A DNA stretch of 29,812 nucleotides, taken from the NCBI GenBank assembly GCA_050176095.1, contig JBFXII010000001.1, positions 1-29,812 of the forward strand, read 5' to 3'. Below the pieces are notes generated by a model. The model saw nothing but the letters and a program-made list of their open reading frames with translations, had not been told where the DNA came from and searched no databases. The stretch comes from Desulfomonilaceae bacterium. GTDB lineage: Bacteria > Desulfobacterota > Desulfomonilia > Desulfomonilales > Desulfomonilaceae. This document shows positions 16,910 to 25,401 of the stretch, one piece after another. The position numbers were made by a program, and so were the translations under genes. Numbering within the stretch: position 1 is the first letter of the stretch; the number at the start of each line of letters is the position of its first letter.

Positions 16910-18022
16910 ATGCTTAAACTGAACTGGCTTTCCAGGTGTTTTCTTCTGTTGCTAGTGTTTCTATTTTGTTTGGAATCTGGATGTGGTTTTTGTCATGCCC
17001 TTGACAATGCGACCACTTGCTTCGAACAGGGAAAGTCTTATCTAAAATCAGGAAACTATCAGACTGCCATTGAAAAGTTCTCAAAGACGTTGGATCTGCT
17101 CGACTCTAACAAGAAAAACTCCCATGTCGTCAAGTTGGCTCGAGCCCAGGCCTATTACCAAAAAGGAGACGTGAAGAATTCCTGGAGGGATCTTGTTTCA
17201 GTTCTAAAATCTGATGAATTAGAGGGGGAAACACTCGCATCAGGTCTTCATCTTCGAGGAATGTTGAACTTGAAGAAGGGAATCCAGAATGAGGCTATCA
17301 GTGATTTCAGCGCAGCCATAAAAACTCCCCATAGCAATGATTCCTTACGATCGGCCTCGTTTATAAATAGAGCTGTGACTCTCATAAATGTGGGATCAGT
17401 AAACCGCGCGCTGGGTGATCTGAATCGTGCAATCGAATTGGACCCCTCTTCTGCTTTCGCATACGCGGCGCGAGGTTTGGCTCATTTGAGACATGACAAT
17501 TTGTCTCACGCCAGAAAGGATGCTGAGCTAGCGCTACAACTAAAACCAGATTCCCAAACAAAGAAGATCGCCACGAGAATAATTGAAGAACTGACTGTTG
17601 TTACTTATGGCGCCAACGGAGTCGCAGTTTCCATGAGTGAAGAGGGCCAAGTTTTTGTACAGTTAAAATTTGGCAAGAATGGAGCTCCTCATAGGTTCCT
17701 TTTAGATACCGGAGCTACCCATAGTTTAGTCGATAAATCTCTGTTGAGGGAAATTTCAAAACAGGTTGAGGTCAGAGAAGTTGGAAAGGGAGTTGTGAGC
17801 ATAGCTGATGGGACATCATTGCCTGTGACCAAGTATTTGATAAAAGATGTTTATCTTTATAATGTGCCTCTTGGTGAGATTCAAGTTCAGACCTTTGACA
17901 AGAAAACCAGGAAAGTCACCAATCTTCTTGGAGCAGGAAGCTTATCAACTTTGGCCATTATTATAGACAGTTCAAAAAGGAAGGTAGAAATCCGCAATAA
18001 ACTGGTCCAAAATACCCACTGA
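16910..18022 (+). CDS. Exported TPR-repeat protein fused to a retropepsin-like (clan AA) aspartic protease
   Basis: Hydrophobic N-terminal signal and several TPR-like repeats (e.g. AYAARGLAHLRHDNLSHARKDAELALQL). Catalytic FLLDTGATHS and a C-terminal NLLG motif. Confidence 0.8.
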   Translation: MLKLNWLSRCFLLLLVFLFCLESGCGFCHALDNATTCFEQGKSYLKSGNYQTAIEKFSKTLDLLDSNKKNSHVVKLARAQAYYQKGDVKNSWRDLVSVLKSDELEGETLASGLHLRGMLNLKKGIQNEAISDFSAAIKTPHSNDSLRSASFINRAVTLINVGSVNRALGDLNRAIELDPSSAFAYAARGLAHLRHDNLSHARKDAELALQLKPDSQTKKIATRIIEELTVVTYGANGVAVSMSEEGQVFVQLKFGKNGAPHRFLLDTGATHSLVDKSLLREISKQVEVREVGKGVVSIADGTSLPVTKYLIKDVYLYNVPLGEIQVQTFDKKTRKVTNLLGAGSLSTLAIIIDSSKRKVEIRNKLVQNTH

Positions 18023-18027
18023 TTTCG

Positions 18028-18051
18028 GTGCCCATGTAAAAACATGAGCAC
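18028..18051 (-). terminator. Stem-loop between the convergent M16 peptidase and TPR-protease genes
   Basis: Minus strand GUGCUCAUGU-UUUU-ACAUGGGCAC forms 10 bp including one GU pair. There is no following U-tract, so it may be a stabilising hairpin instead. Confidence 0.4.
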
Positions 18052-18081
18052 TCATACTAACACACGAGCTATTCATATTAC

Positions 18082-19392
18082 CTAGAAATTATTGAACAAA
18101 TTGTTGACGTCAATGCCAGATGAGACGGGGCCAAGAACAGCTGTAGTGAAATGACCGGGTTGCAGGATTACGCCAGCGCATTCACGTAATTCTTCGAGTG
18201 TTACTCTGTCTATGTCTTGTAGGATCTCTTCGACTGAAACATGCCTTTCAAAATAGATTTCACTTTTGGCTAGTCGATTCATCCTGGCTTCGGAGGATTC
18301 CATGGCTAGAACAACACTTCCTTTGAGTTGATTCTTGGCCAGCCTCATGTCCTCGTTAGTCAGTGAACTAATCAGGCCGACGGTCTGCTCAGCAATCACT
18401 CCTACTAGCTCTTCGAAACGACCCGGTTCACAGGCAGAATAGATCCCAAACATCCCCGTGTCAGAAAAAGAAGAGACAAATGAATAAATGTTATATGCAA
18501 GACCACGTTTTTCCCTCACCTCCTGAAAAAGCCTGGAACTCATTCCACCACCTAAAATGGTATTTAAAATGTAGGCTGCATGACGTCTTTCATCGGTCTG
18601 ACCTGGCCCTTCCGATGCTATGCAGACATGGACCTGTTCTAGATCCTTTTCCTCCGAAATTTGCCCTGGAACGGGCTTGGGGATTGTGGTCTTCGATACA
18701 ATTGAGCCACCATTGAGTTGTTCAAATCTTGATTTTACTAGATCCAAAAAAGATTGGTGCTCAATTTGGCCGGCTGCACAAATTAGAGTCGCTTCCGGTT
18801 TATATTTGTCGCGCCTGAAGTCCATCAATGTCTCTCGGTCTATCTTCAGTATCGTCGGAATAAAACCGAGAATCGGCTGACCTAACGGATCCCCTTTCCA
18901 GAAATTCATACTCAATATCTCATGGATTAGCTCTTCAGGCGTATCGTCTTGCTGTCTTATCTCCTGACATATTACGTCTTTTTCTCGTTCAATTTCATCT
19001 TCTGGAAAACATGACTCCAAATAGATGTCGTTCAGAAGATCAGCTGCCAAATCAAGGTGTTCTGCCATGACCCTACAATAGAACGAAGTCAGCTCTTTGC
19101 TGGTAAAAGCATTTAGAACTCCACCGACAGAATCTATCTCCTGAGCAATCTGAAAGGCAGATCTTCTCGCAGTTCCCTTGAACAACATGTGCTCTATGAA
19201 ATGCGAAATTCCGTTGACTTTCTTGTTTTCAAGCCTAGAACCACACTTTACCCATATCCCTAGAGACACAGAGCGCATGTAGGGAATATTTTCCGTAACG
19301 ATACGGACCCCGTTATTCAAAGTAGTTTTTTGGTAATTTGAGGATTCGGGCGAATAGTGGTTGGCAGAGCAACAATCTTTAGATACGTTCAT
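18082..19392 (-). CDS. M16 (insulinase/pitrilysin) family zinc peptidase
   Basis: Inverted zinc motif HFIEH, NAFTSKE, and LGGGMSSRLFQEVREKRGLAY. Classic position downstream of pnp. Confidence 0.92.
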   Translation of the reverse strand: MNVSKDCCSANHYSPESSNYQKTTLNNGVRIVTENIPYMRSVSLGIWVKCGSRLENKKVNGISHFIEHMLFKGTARRSAFQIAQEIDSVGGVLNAFTSKELTSFYCRVMAEHLDLAADLLNDIYLESCFPEDEIEREKDVICQEIRQQDDTPEELIHEILSMNFWKGDPLGQPILGFIPTILKIDRETLMDFRRDKYKPEATLICAAGQIEHQSFLDLVKSRFEQLNGGSIVSKTTIPKPVPGQISEEKDLEQVHVCIASEGPGQTDERRHAAYILNTILGGGMSSRLFQEVREKRGLAYNIYSFVSSFSDTGMFGIYSACEPGRFEELVGVIAEQTVGLISSLTNEDMRLAKNQLKGSVVLAMESSEARMNRLAKSEIYFERHVSVEEILQDIDRVTLEELRECAGVILQPGHFTTAVLGPVSSGIDVNNLFNNF

Positions 19393-19422
19393 AAATTCGA
19401 GCCACCATCCATAATGGCTTCT

Positions 19423-19456
19423 AAAAACATCGCATGAATATCATGATCTCATGCGA
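19423..19456 (-). terminator. Intrinsic terminator-like hairpin between pnp and the M16 peptidase
   Basis: Perfect 8-bp inverted repeat TCGCATGA (19430-19437) / TCATGCGA (19449-19456), followed on the minus strand by UGUUUUU. Confidence 0.6.
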
Positions 19457-19500
19457 CGAATTATCAGCAATCAGTTGAGAAAAGGACTCAGACTATAGGA

Positions 19501-21588
19501 CTAATCCACGTTCTGACCATCCGCATCTTTCTTGGATAGCTTGATCTTTCCTTGAGCGTCGATTCCAATAACTTTAACCGGAAAACAATCGCCTTCTTTT
19601 ACGACGTCTGTTACTTTTCTCACTCGTTCATTGGCAAGTTGCGATATGTGAACCAAGCCGTCAGTTCCGGGAAATATTTCTACAAAGGCTCCGAAATCGG
19701 TGATTTTGCGAACCGTTCCCATATAAATTTTGCCAACTTCAGCTTCCTGAGTGATGCTCTTTATAGCGTTCTTGGCTTCCTCTGCGCCACCGGCATCCAC
19801 GGACGCGATTACCACTTTTCCAGTATCATCAACTTCAATTTTGGTACCGGTTTCTTCCTGTATAGCCCTAATTATTTTGCCTCCAGGGCCTATTATATCT
19901 CGAATTTTCTCGGGATTAATATACATTACATAGATCCGAGGAGCATATTGGGAAATTTCATCTCGAGCCTTGGAAATCGTTTCATTCATCTTGTCGAGAA
20001 TGTGTCGCCTACCTTCCCGGGCCTGATAAAGAGCGCTGGTCAAGATTTCTTTGGTTATCCCTTGGATTTTTATGTCCATCTGTAGCGCCGTTATACCATC
20101 ACGAGTTCCGGTAACCTTGAAATCCATGTCTCCGTGGTGATCCTCATCCCCAATAATGTCAGATACAACGACTGTCTTGTCAGAGCCTTTAAAAAGACCC
20201 ATAGCTATTCCCGATACCGGCTCTTTGATAGGAACACCAGCATCCATTAGGGAAAGAGAGGAACCACAAACAGTAGCCATCGAAGAAGACCCGTTCGATT
20301 CGAGAATTTCTGAAACAACTCTAATTGTGTACGGGAATTCTTCATCATCGGGGAGCAAAAATGCTATAGCGCGCTCCGCCAAAGCTCCATGTCCAACTTC
20401 TCTTCTAGAGGGACCTCTAAGGAATTTAACTTCTCCCACTGAAAATGGAGGAAACTTGTAATGAAGCATAAATGATTTAAAGCTGGCCCCCTCTAAGGCC
20501 TCAATTTTCTGTTCATCCGACGATGTGCCTAAAGTGACGATTACGAGCGCTTGAGTCTCGCCTCGTGTAAATAAGGCGCTTCCATGCGTTCTAGGTAGAA
20601 CACCAACTTCACATGTAATATCTCTAATCTGTTCGAAAGATCGGCCTCCTATTCGTATACCCTCATTGAGGATCATCGACCTGACGGCTTCACCTTCTAG
20701 TTTTTCCAAGTATCCTAGTATTTCACCCTTACGTTCCTTGCCTCCATCGTCCAAAGATTCCAAAATGGAGTCGTACAATTGATGCAGTTGAGCCCGGCGT
20801 TCAAGCTTTTCACCGATGTTAAGCTTTTCCCTTATCTTATGGCCCCAATCATTTCTAATTGTTCCAATAAGTTCAGCATCCTCTACAGGAGTTAGGGTCA
20901 CACGTTTGGGTTTACCAGATTGGGCGCGTAACTCCTCTTGAGCCGCTACTATCTTCAGAATTTCCTCATAACCAATGTAAATGGCGTCTAGTATGGCTTC
21001 TTCGGAAACCTGATCGAAGCCACCTTCAACCATTACTATACCATCTCTAGAACCGACAACTATCAGATTAAGGTCTGAATAGGCATCCTCCACCGATGAA
21101 GGATTAATGATCAGATTACCATCGACTCTGCCGATTCTTACAGCTCCAATTGGGCCTCCGAATGGGATGTCGGATATGTGTAGAGCGGCTGAAGCTCCAT
21201 TAATGGCCATCATATCTGGTTCATTTTCACCATCAGAAGATAAAACTGTAGCAATGATTTGGGTTTCAGCAGTAAAACCTTTCGGGAAAAGCGGTCTTAT
21301 CGGTCGATCAATAAACCTTGCAGTCAATATTTCCTTTTCTGTCGGTCGTCCCTCTCTTTTAAAAAACCCCCCAGGGATCTTTCCTGCAGCATAAGTCATT
21401 TCAAGGTAATCAACAGTTAGGGGGAAAAAATCTATTCCTTCCCTTCCCTGTTTTTCAGCAACTGCTGTAACTAAGACTACTGATTCGCCAGTTTGAACTA
21501 AGACGGAACCGGAAGCTTGTTTGGCTACACGACCGGTTTCAAAAGCGATCTTTTTGCTGGATACTTCGCAGCTAGATCTGTACACCAT
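19501..21588 (-). CDS. pnp: Polyribonucleotide nucleotidyltransferase (PNPase)
   Basis: FFPLTVDY, GKIPGGFFKREGRP, RTHGSALFTRGETQ, RREVGHG, SEILESNGSSSMA and DMDFKV motifs, plus KH and S1 domains. Confidence 0.97.
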   Translation of the reverse strand: MVYRSSCEVSSKKIAFETGRVAKQASGSVLVQTGESVVLVTAVAEKQGREGIDFFPLTVDYLEMTYAAGKIPGGFFKREGRPTEKEILTARFIDRPIRPLFPKGFTAETQIIATVLSSDGENEPDMMAINGASAALHISDIPFGGPIGAVRIGRVDGNLIINPSSVEDAYSDLNLIVVGSRDGIVMVEGGFDQVSEEAILDAIYIGYEEILKIVAAQEELRAQSGKPKRVTLTPVEDAELIGTIRNDWGHKIREKLNIGEKLERRAQLHQLYDSILESLDDGGKERKGEILGYLEKLEGEAVRSMILNEGIRIGGRSFEQIRDITCEVGVLPRTHGSALFTRGETQALVIVTLGTSSDEQKIEALEGASFKSFMLHYKFPPFSVGEVKFLRGPSRREVGHGALAERAIAFLLPDDEEFPYTIRVVSEILESNGSSSMATVCGSSLSLMDAGVPIKEPVSGIAMGLFKGSDKTVVVSDIIGDEDHHGDMDFKVTGTRDGITALQMDIKIQGITKEILTSALYQAREGRRHILDKMNETISKARDEISQYAPRIYVMYINPEKIRDIIGPGGKIIRAIQEETGTKIEVDDTGKVVIASVDAGGAEEAKNAIKSITQEAEVGKIYMGTVRKITDFGAFVEIFPGTDGLVHISQLANERVRKVTDVVKEGDCFPVKVIGIDAQGKIKLSKKDADGQNVD

Positions 21589-21659
21589 TTTTTAATTATT
21601 CCTCTTTCCCCGTAATTCAAAATCTCAGTAACTTTCCCCCACGCATAGGATAAAGCAAT

Positions 21660-21929
21660 TTATTTTCTTATGCCTAGCTCGCCAATAATTGTCTTGTAAC
21701 GATCCACACTCTTTGTTTTGAGGTAATCGAGAAGACGACGACGTTGACCAACCAGTTTCAGTAATCCTCTGCGTGAATGATGGTCCTTTTTGTGAATTTT
21801 GAAATGTTCCGTGAGATAACCTATCCTCTCGCTCAAAAGCGCTATTTGAACCTCAGGCGAGCCGGTGTCCTTCTCGTGAATCTTGAACTTTTCGATAATT
21901 GATTTTTTCTTTTCAGTGGGAAATGCCAA
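21660..21929 (-). CDS. rpsO: 30S ribosomal protein S15
   Basis: [12 protein letters not shown]...[28 protein letters not shown] start with an AGGAGG SD about 10 nt upstream. Confidence 0.97.
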   Translation of the reverse strand: MAFPTEKKKSIIEKFKIHEKDTGSPEVQIALLSERIGYLTEHFKIHKKDHHSRRGLLKLVGQRRRLLDYLKTKSVDRYKTIIGELGIRK

Positions 21930-21981
21930 CTCTCTTTTTCCTCCTGACAGTCATTGAGCTAATTTTTAGCTTAATCTGACA

Positions 21982-22010
21982 TTAATAGCACAAGCATTCT
22001 TCTAAGTAAA
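21982..22010 (-). promoter_or_regulatory. Putative sigma70 promoter of the rpsO-pnp operon
   Basis: Minus strand TTTACT, 17 nt spacer, TATTAA(T) preceded by TG-C. It lies just upstream of the leader hairpin. Confidence 0.4.
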
Positions 22011-22158
22011 CATGATCAGATGAAATTTTTATTTTTGAGCACATCTGAACCTTTATCAGGATTGGCCAAAGTCAAGAACAGGAATTTATCTAGGCACAAT
22101 AGTCTTTGTAGTAATTGCTAAAAAACTTTGGAATCAGCGCGTGATTTTCGTGGTCGAC

Positions 22159-22186
22159 TTGTATACTTAACCATATAGTCTATGAT
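22159..22186 (+). promoter_or_regulatory. Putative sigma70 promoter of the MacAB-like operon
   Basis: TTGTAT, 16 nt spacer, TATGAT, about 80 nt upstream of the start. Confidence 0.35.
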
Positions 22187-22266
22187 TCTGAACCTTAAGC
22201 TGAACAATTTTTTCATAAATATTCTAAAGGTCTTGAATAATAGCGCTCACTACTAAAGAGGTCAAA

Positions 22267-23406
22267 TTGTCAAGTACTCCAGTAAAAAAAACCAAGACCA
22301 GACTGATTATTAGGCTGAAGACTGCAATACTGGAAAACAGGAAAAGATTTTTCTTGTTCTTAGTGGCGTGCATAACAATTGTTTTCTTCGGATGCTATGT
22401 CGTTTACCAATCTGAATATTTCAACAAAAGCAAAACGAAACTAAAAACTAGCAAGGTGATTCGTAGAGACCTCGGGGCCACAGTTCAAGCCACCGGTACA
22501 GTTAAGCCCATGGTTGGTTCCGAGGTGAAAGTGGGAGCGAGAACTCCAGGCAAGGTTGTCGAGCTTCCCATCAATGTTGGCCAGACAGTCAGAGAAGGCC
22601 AGGTCATAGCAAAGCTTGAACAGGATGACCTTATTGCAAAAGTCAAATTTCAGGAAGCAATTCTATCCGAGTCCAAGGCTGATATGGACAGGGTATCAAA
22701 GGACATTGAGAGAGAAAAGCCATTGATTGAAAAAGGTGTGGTTTCTCATCAGCAATTCGATAAAACAACTTCAAATTTTCAAATGGCGTTGGCCCGTCAC
22801 GAGAAAGCCAAAGCTGAGCTTAACTATGCTCAGGCAATGCTTTCATACGCAACCATAACCGCTCCGATTAAAGGAGTGGTAGCTTCCGTCAACACCATTC
22901 AAGGAGAGACAGTAACCACAGGTTTGAATGCCCCCACTTTCATCAAAATCATCGATTTGGAACGGCTCGAGGTTCAGGCTTACGTAGACGAAAATGACAT
23001 CGGTAAGGTCAAACTTGGGCAAGAAGCAATTTTTACCGTCGCATCGCACCCTGGAGAGGATTTCAAGGGTTCCGTCACTTCCATTTATCCTTCAGCCACA
23101 ATTCAAGACAATGTCGTTTACTATATTACTACCGTTAGTGTTGATAATTCGGAAGGAAAGCTCAGGCCTGATATGACCGCAAATGTAATCATATTTCTAG
23201 ATCAGAGAAAAGGCGTGTTGACAGTTCCCAATCGTGCTATTCAGCGGGAGGGGTCCAGAAAATTTGTATACTTAATTGAAAATGGATCCATCGAGAGAAG
23301 ATATGTAAATACCGGCTGGAAAGACGCTTCATATACAGAAATTTTGGACGGCTTACGAGAAGGAAACCTTATAGTCACCGGTGATCTGCCGAAAAACATT
23401 CATTAA
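22267..23406 (+). CDS. Periplasmic adaptor / membrane fusion protein (MacA-like)
   Basis: Single N-terminal TM, lipoyl-like halves (VKVGARTPGKV...; ITAPIKGVV), short helical hairpin, VDENDIGKVKLGQ, LRPDMTANV. Confidence 0.88.
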   Translation: MSSTPVKKTKTRLIIRLKTAILENRKRFFLFLVACITIVFFGCYVVYQSEYFNKSKTKLKTSKVIRRDLGATVQATGTVKPMVGSEVKVGARTPGKVVELPINVGQTVREGQVIAKLEQDDLIAKVKFQEAILSESKADMDRVSKDIEREKPLIEKGVVSHQQFDKTTSNFQMALARHEKAKAELNYAQAMLSYATITAPIKGVVASVNTIQGETVTTGLNAPTFIKIIDLERLEVQAYVDENDIGKVKLGQEAIFTVASHPGEDFKGSVTSIYPSATIQDNVVYYITTVSVDNSEGKLRPDMTANVIIFLDQRKGVLTVPNRAIQREGSRKFVYLIENGSIERRYVNTGWKDASYTEILDGLREGNLIVTGDLPKNIH

Positions 23407-23435
23407 GCTTGCTGTATTTGTCCTGGGAGCTCTAC

Positions 23436-24119
23436 ATGATTAATATTCAGAATCTATCCAAGATTTTCTACAAAGATGGAATGGATGTCCAAATTTTAAA
23501 CAATATTACTCTAGATATCAAAGAGGGCGAATTTGTCTCTATAATGGCCCCTTCAGGCATGGGCAAAAGCACTTTGCTTAACATATTGGGATGCTTAGAT
23601 AAACCTAGCTCCGGAACTTATATTCTCGATGGTGAACCGGTTCAAGACCTCGATGATGATGAGCTTTCTCGAATCAGAAATAGCAAGATAGGGTATGTGT
23701 TTCAATCATTTCATCTGCTTCCTCGCATGAGCGCCTGGGAAAACGTTATTTTGCCCCTGATTTATAGTGATGATGACTCTGACATGAGGGAAAAGGCAAT
23801 TGAAGTTTTACAATCTGTCGGGCTGCAGGACCGAGTCAATCATTTACCTCGGGAACTTTCCGGTGGACAGCAACAACGGGTTGCCATAGCGAGGGCTCTG
23901 ATCAACAATCCGAAGATAATATTCGCTGACGAGCCCACAGGTAACCTCGATTCCAAATCTAGCGCTGAGGTCATGAACATTTTTAGGAATCTGCATGCAC
24001 AGGGAAGAACCCTCGTTGTAGTAACTCACGATCCCAATGTTGGGGCTCAGGCTGACCGCATCATTGAAATGAAAGACGGACAAATTTGTGATGATAGATC
24101 GACCAAATTGTCAAGCTAG
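23436..24119 (+). CDS. ABC ATP-binding protein (MacB/LolD family)
   Basis: Walker [44 protein letters not shown] 23436 with GGGAG SD is preferred over TTG 23409. Confidence 0.9.
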   Translation: MINIQNLSKIFYKDGMDVQILNNITLDIKEGEFVSIMAPSGMGKSTLLNILGCLDKPSSGTYILDGEPVQDLDDDELSRIRNSKIGYVFQSFHLLPRMSAWENVILPLIYSDDDSDMREKAIEVLQSVGLQDRVNHLPRELSGGQQQRVAIARALINNPKIIFADEPTGNLDSKSSAEVMNIFRNLHAQGRTLVVVTHDPNVGAQADRIIEMKDGQICDDRSTKLSS

Positions 24120-24130
24120 GAGAACTTCTA

Positions 24131-25339
24131 ATGAAAATTATTCGTATGTCGGCCCAAGCATTCCGATCTATGCGAGATAACAAGGTTCGATCGTTTTTGA
24201 TGATGCTAGGCGTAATCATAGGTGTAGCAACTTTAACAACCATAGTGTCTTCAGTGTTGGGGGCGCGCAGTCAGGTAATGTCACGCGTTGAGAGATTTGG
24301 ATTGGATCAGATCATGGTCATAGCTGGAGCAGGAAGAAAGCCAGGTGTGCCCCAACCAACTCCGACAACGCTCAGAATTGAAGATGCGAATTCAATCCTA
24401 TCTGAAATTTCCAACGTTAAAGATGTCTGTCCTCAGATTAACCGGCGGGACATTCCTATCAAGTACCAAAACAAGAACTCTTATGCCGTATTGATAGCCG
24501 CAAACCCGAATTGGGCTGAGACATGGAACACCCAAATACCAAACGGGCGTTTCTTCAATGACTCAGAGGTGTCGCTCTTGAATCGGGTCGCAGTTATTGG
24601 ACAGTCCGTGGTCAATGAGCTTTTTGATGGAGAAGATCCTGTTGGAAAACAGCTTATTTTAGCTAACAACCCGTTTGAAGTGATAGGCGTGCTTGAAAAG
24701 AAAGGGGCCTCACCCACCGGACTGGACCTCGACTCGCGAATCATCGTTCCTATTTCCACTGGAATGAAAAGAGTTTTCAATCAGGATTATATAACCAACA
24801 TCAAAATAGTTGTTAGCGATGTGAATCAAATGGCCGACACAGTTAACGACGTTAAAATGTTATTACGCGAAAGACACAATCTTGCTCCTGGAGTAGAAGA
24901 TGATTTCACTATTGTAACGCCCACTCTGATTATGGCTTTAGCTTCCAAAGTGTCTTCAACCTTTAACATTTTTTTGATTCTTATATCTCTAGTCTCTCTA
25001 TTTGTTGGCGCGGTTGTGATAGCTAACATAATGTTCATTTCGGTCAATGAAAGGAAGGCCGAAATTGGCATTCGAAGGGCCGTGGGCGCTACCAGAAACG
25101 ATATTCTGACCCAGTTTTTGATAGAATCAGTAACAGTTTCTTTTTTGGGGGGAATTCTAGGGGGACTCTCAGGAATTGTCACCGTGATATTGCTGTCCCA
25201 CTTAATGAAAATGCACTTTGGAGCCTTGGCGATTCCTTTAGCTATCTCCATCGCTTGTGCAATCCTGGTTGGCCTGGTAGCTGGAATACAGCCGGCCAGA
25301 AAGGCTTCCTACACAGATCCAATAGAAGCCCTCAAATGA
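24131..25339 (+). CDS. MacB/FtsX-family ABC permease, first copy
   Basis: N-terminal TM (LGVIIGVA), a large periplasmic domain, ERKAEIGIRRAVGA..DILTQFLIES, three C-terminal TMs, PIEALK end. Confidence 0.9.
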   Translation: MKIIRMSAQAFRSMRDNKVRSFLMMLGVIIGVATLTTIVSSVLGARSQVMSRVERFGLDQIMVIAGAGRKPGVPQPTPTTLRIEDANSILSEISNVKDVCPQINRRDIPIKYQNKNSYAVLIAANPNWAETWNTQIPNGRFFNDSEVSLLNRVAVIGQSVVNELFDGEDPVGKQLILANNPFEVIGVLEKKGASPTGLDLDSRIIVPISTGMKRVFNQDYITNIKIVVSDVNQMADTVNDVKMLLRERHNLAPGVEDDFTIVTPTLIMALASKVSSTFNIFLILISLVSLFVGAVVIANIMFISVNERKAEIGIRRAVGATRNDILTQFLIESVTVSFLGGILGGLSGIVTVILLSHLMKMHFGALAIPLAISIACAILVGLVAGIQPARKASYTDPIEALK

Positions 25340-25401
25340 ATAATTCCCTTATTTCCAACTACCAATTTAATTAATTTTTTACCTGAGGATGCTGAGGATC
25401 G

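Noticed and set aside
25384-25399. Tandem CTGAGGAT repeat before the second permease start
   Set aside because: Only two short copies. Most simply a duplicated Shine-Dalgarno-containing word.
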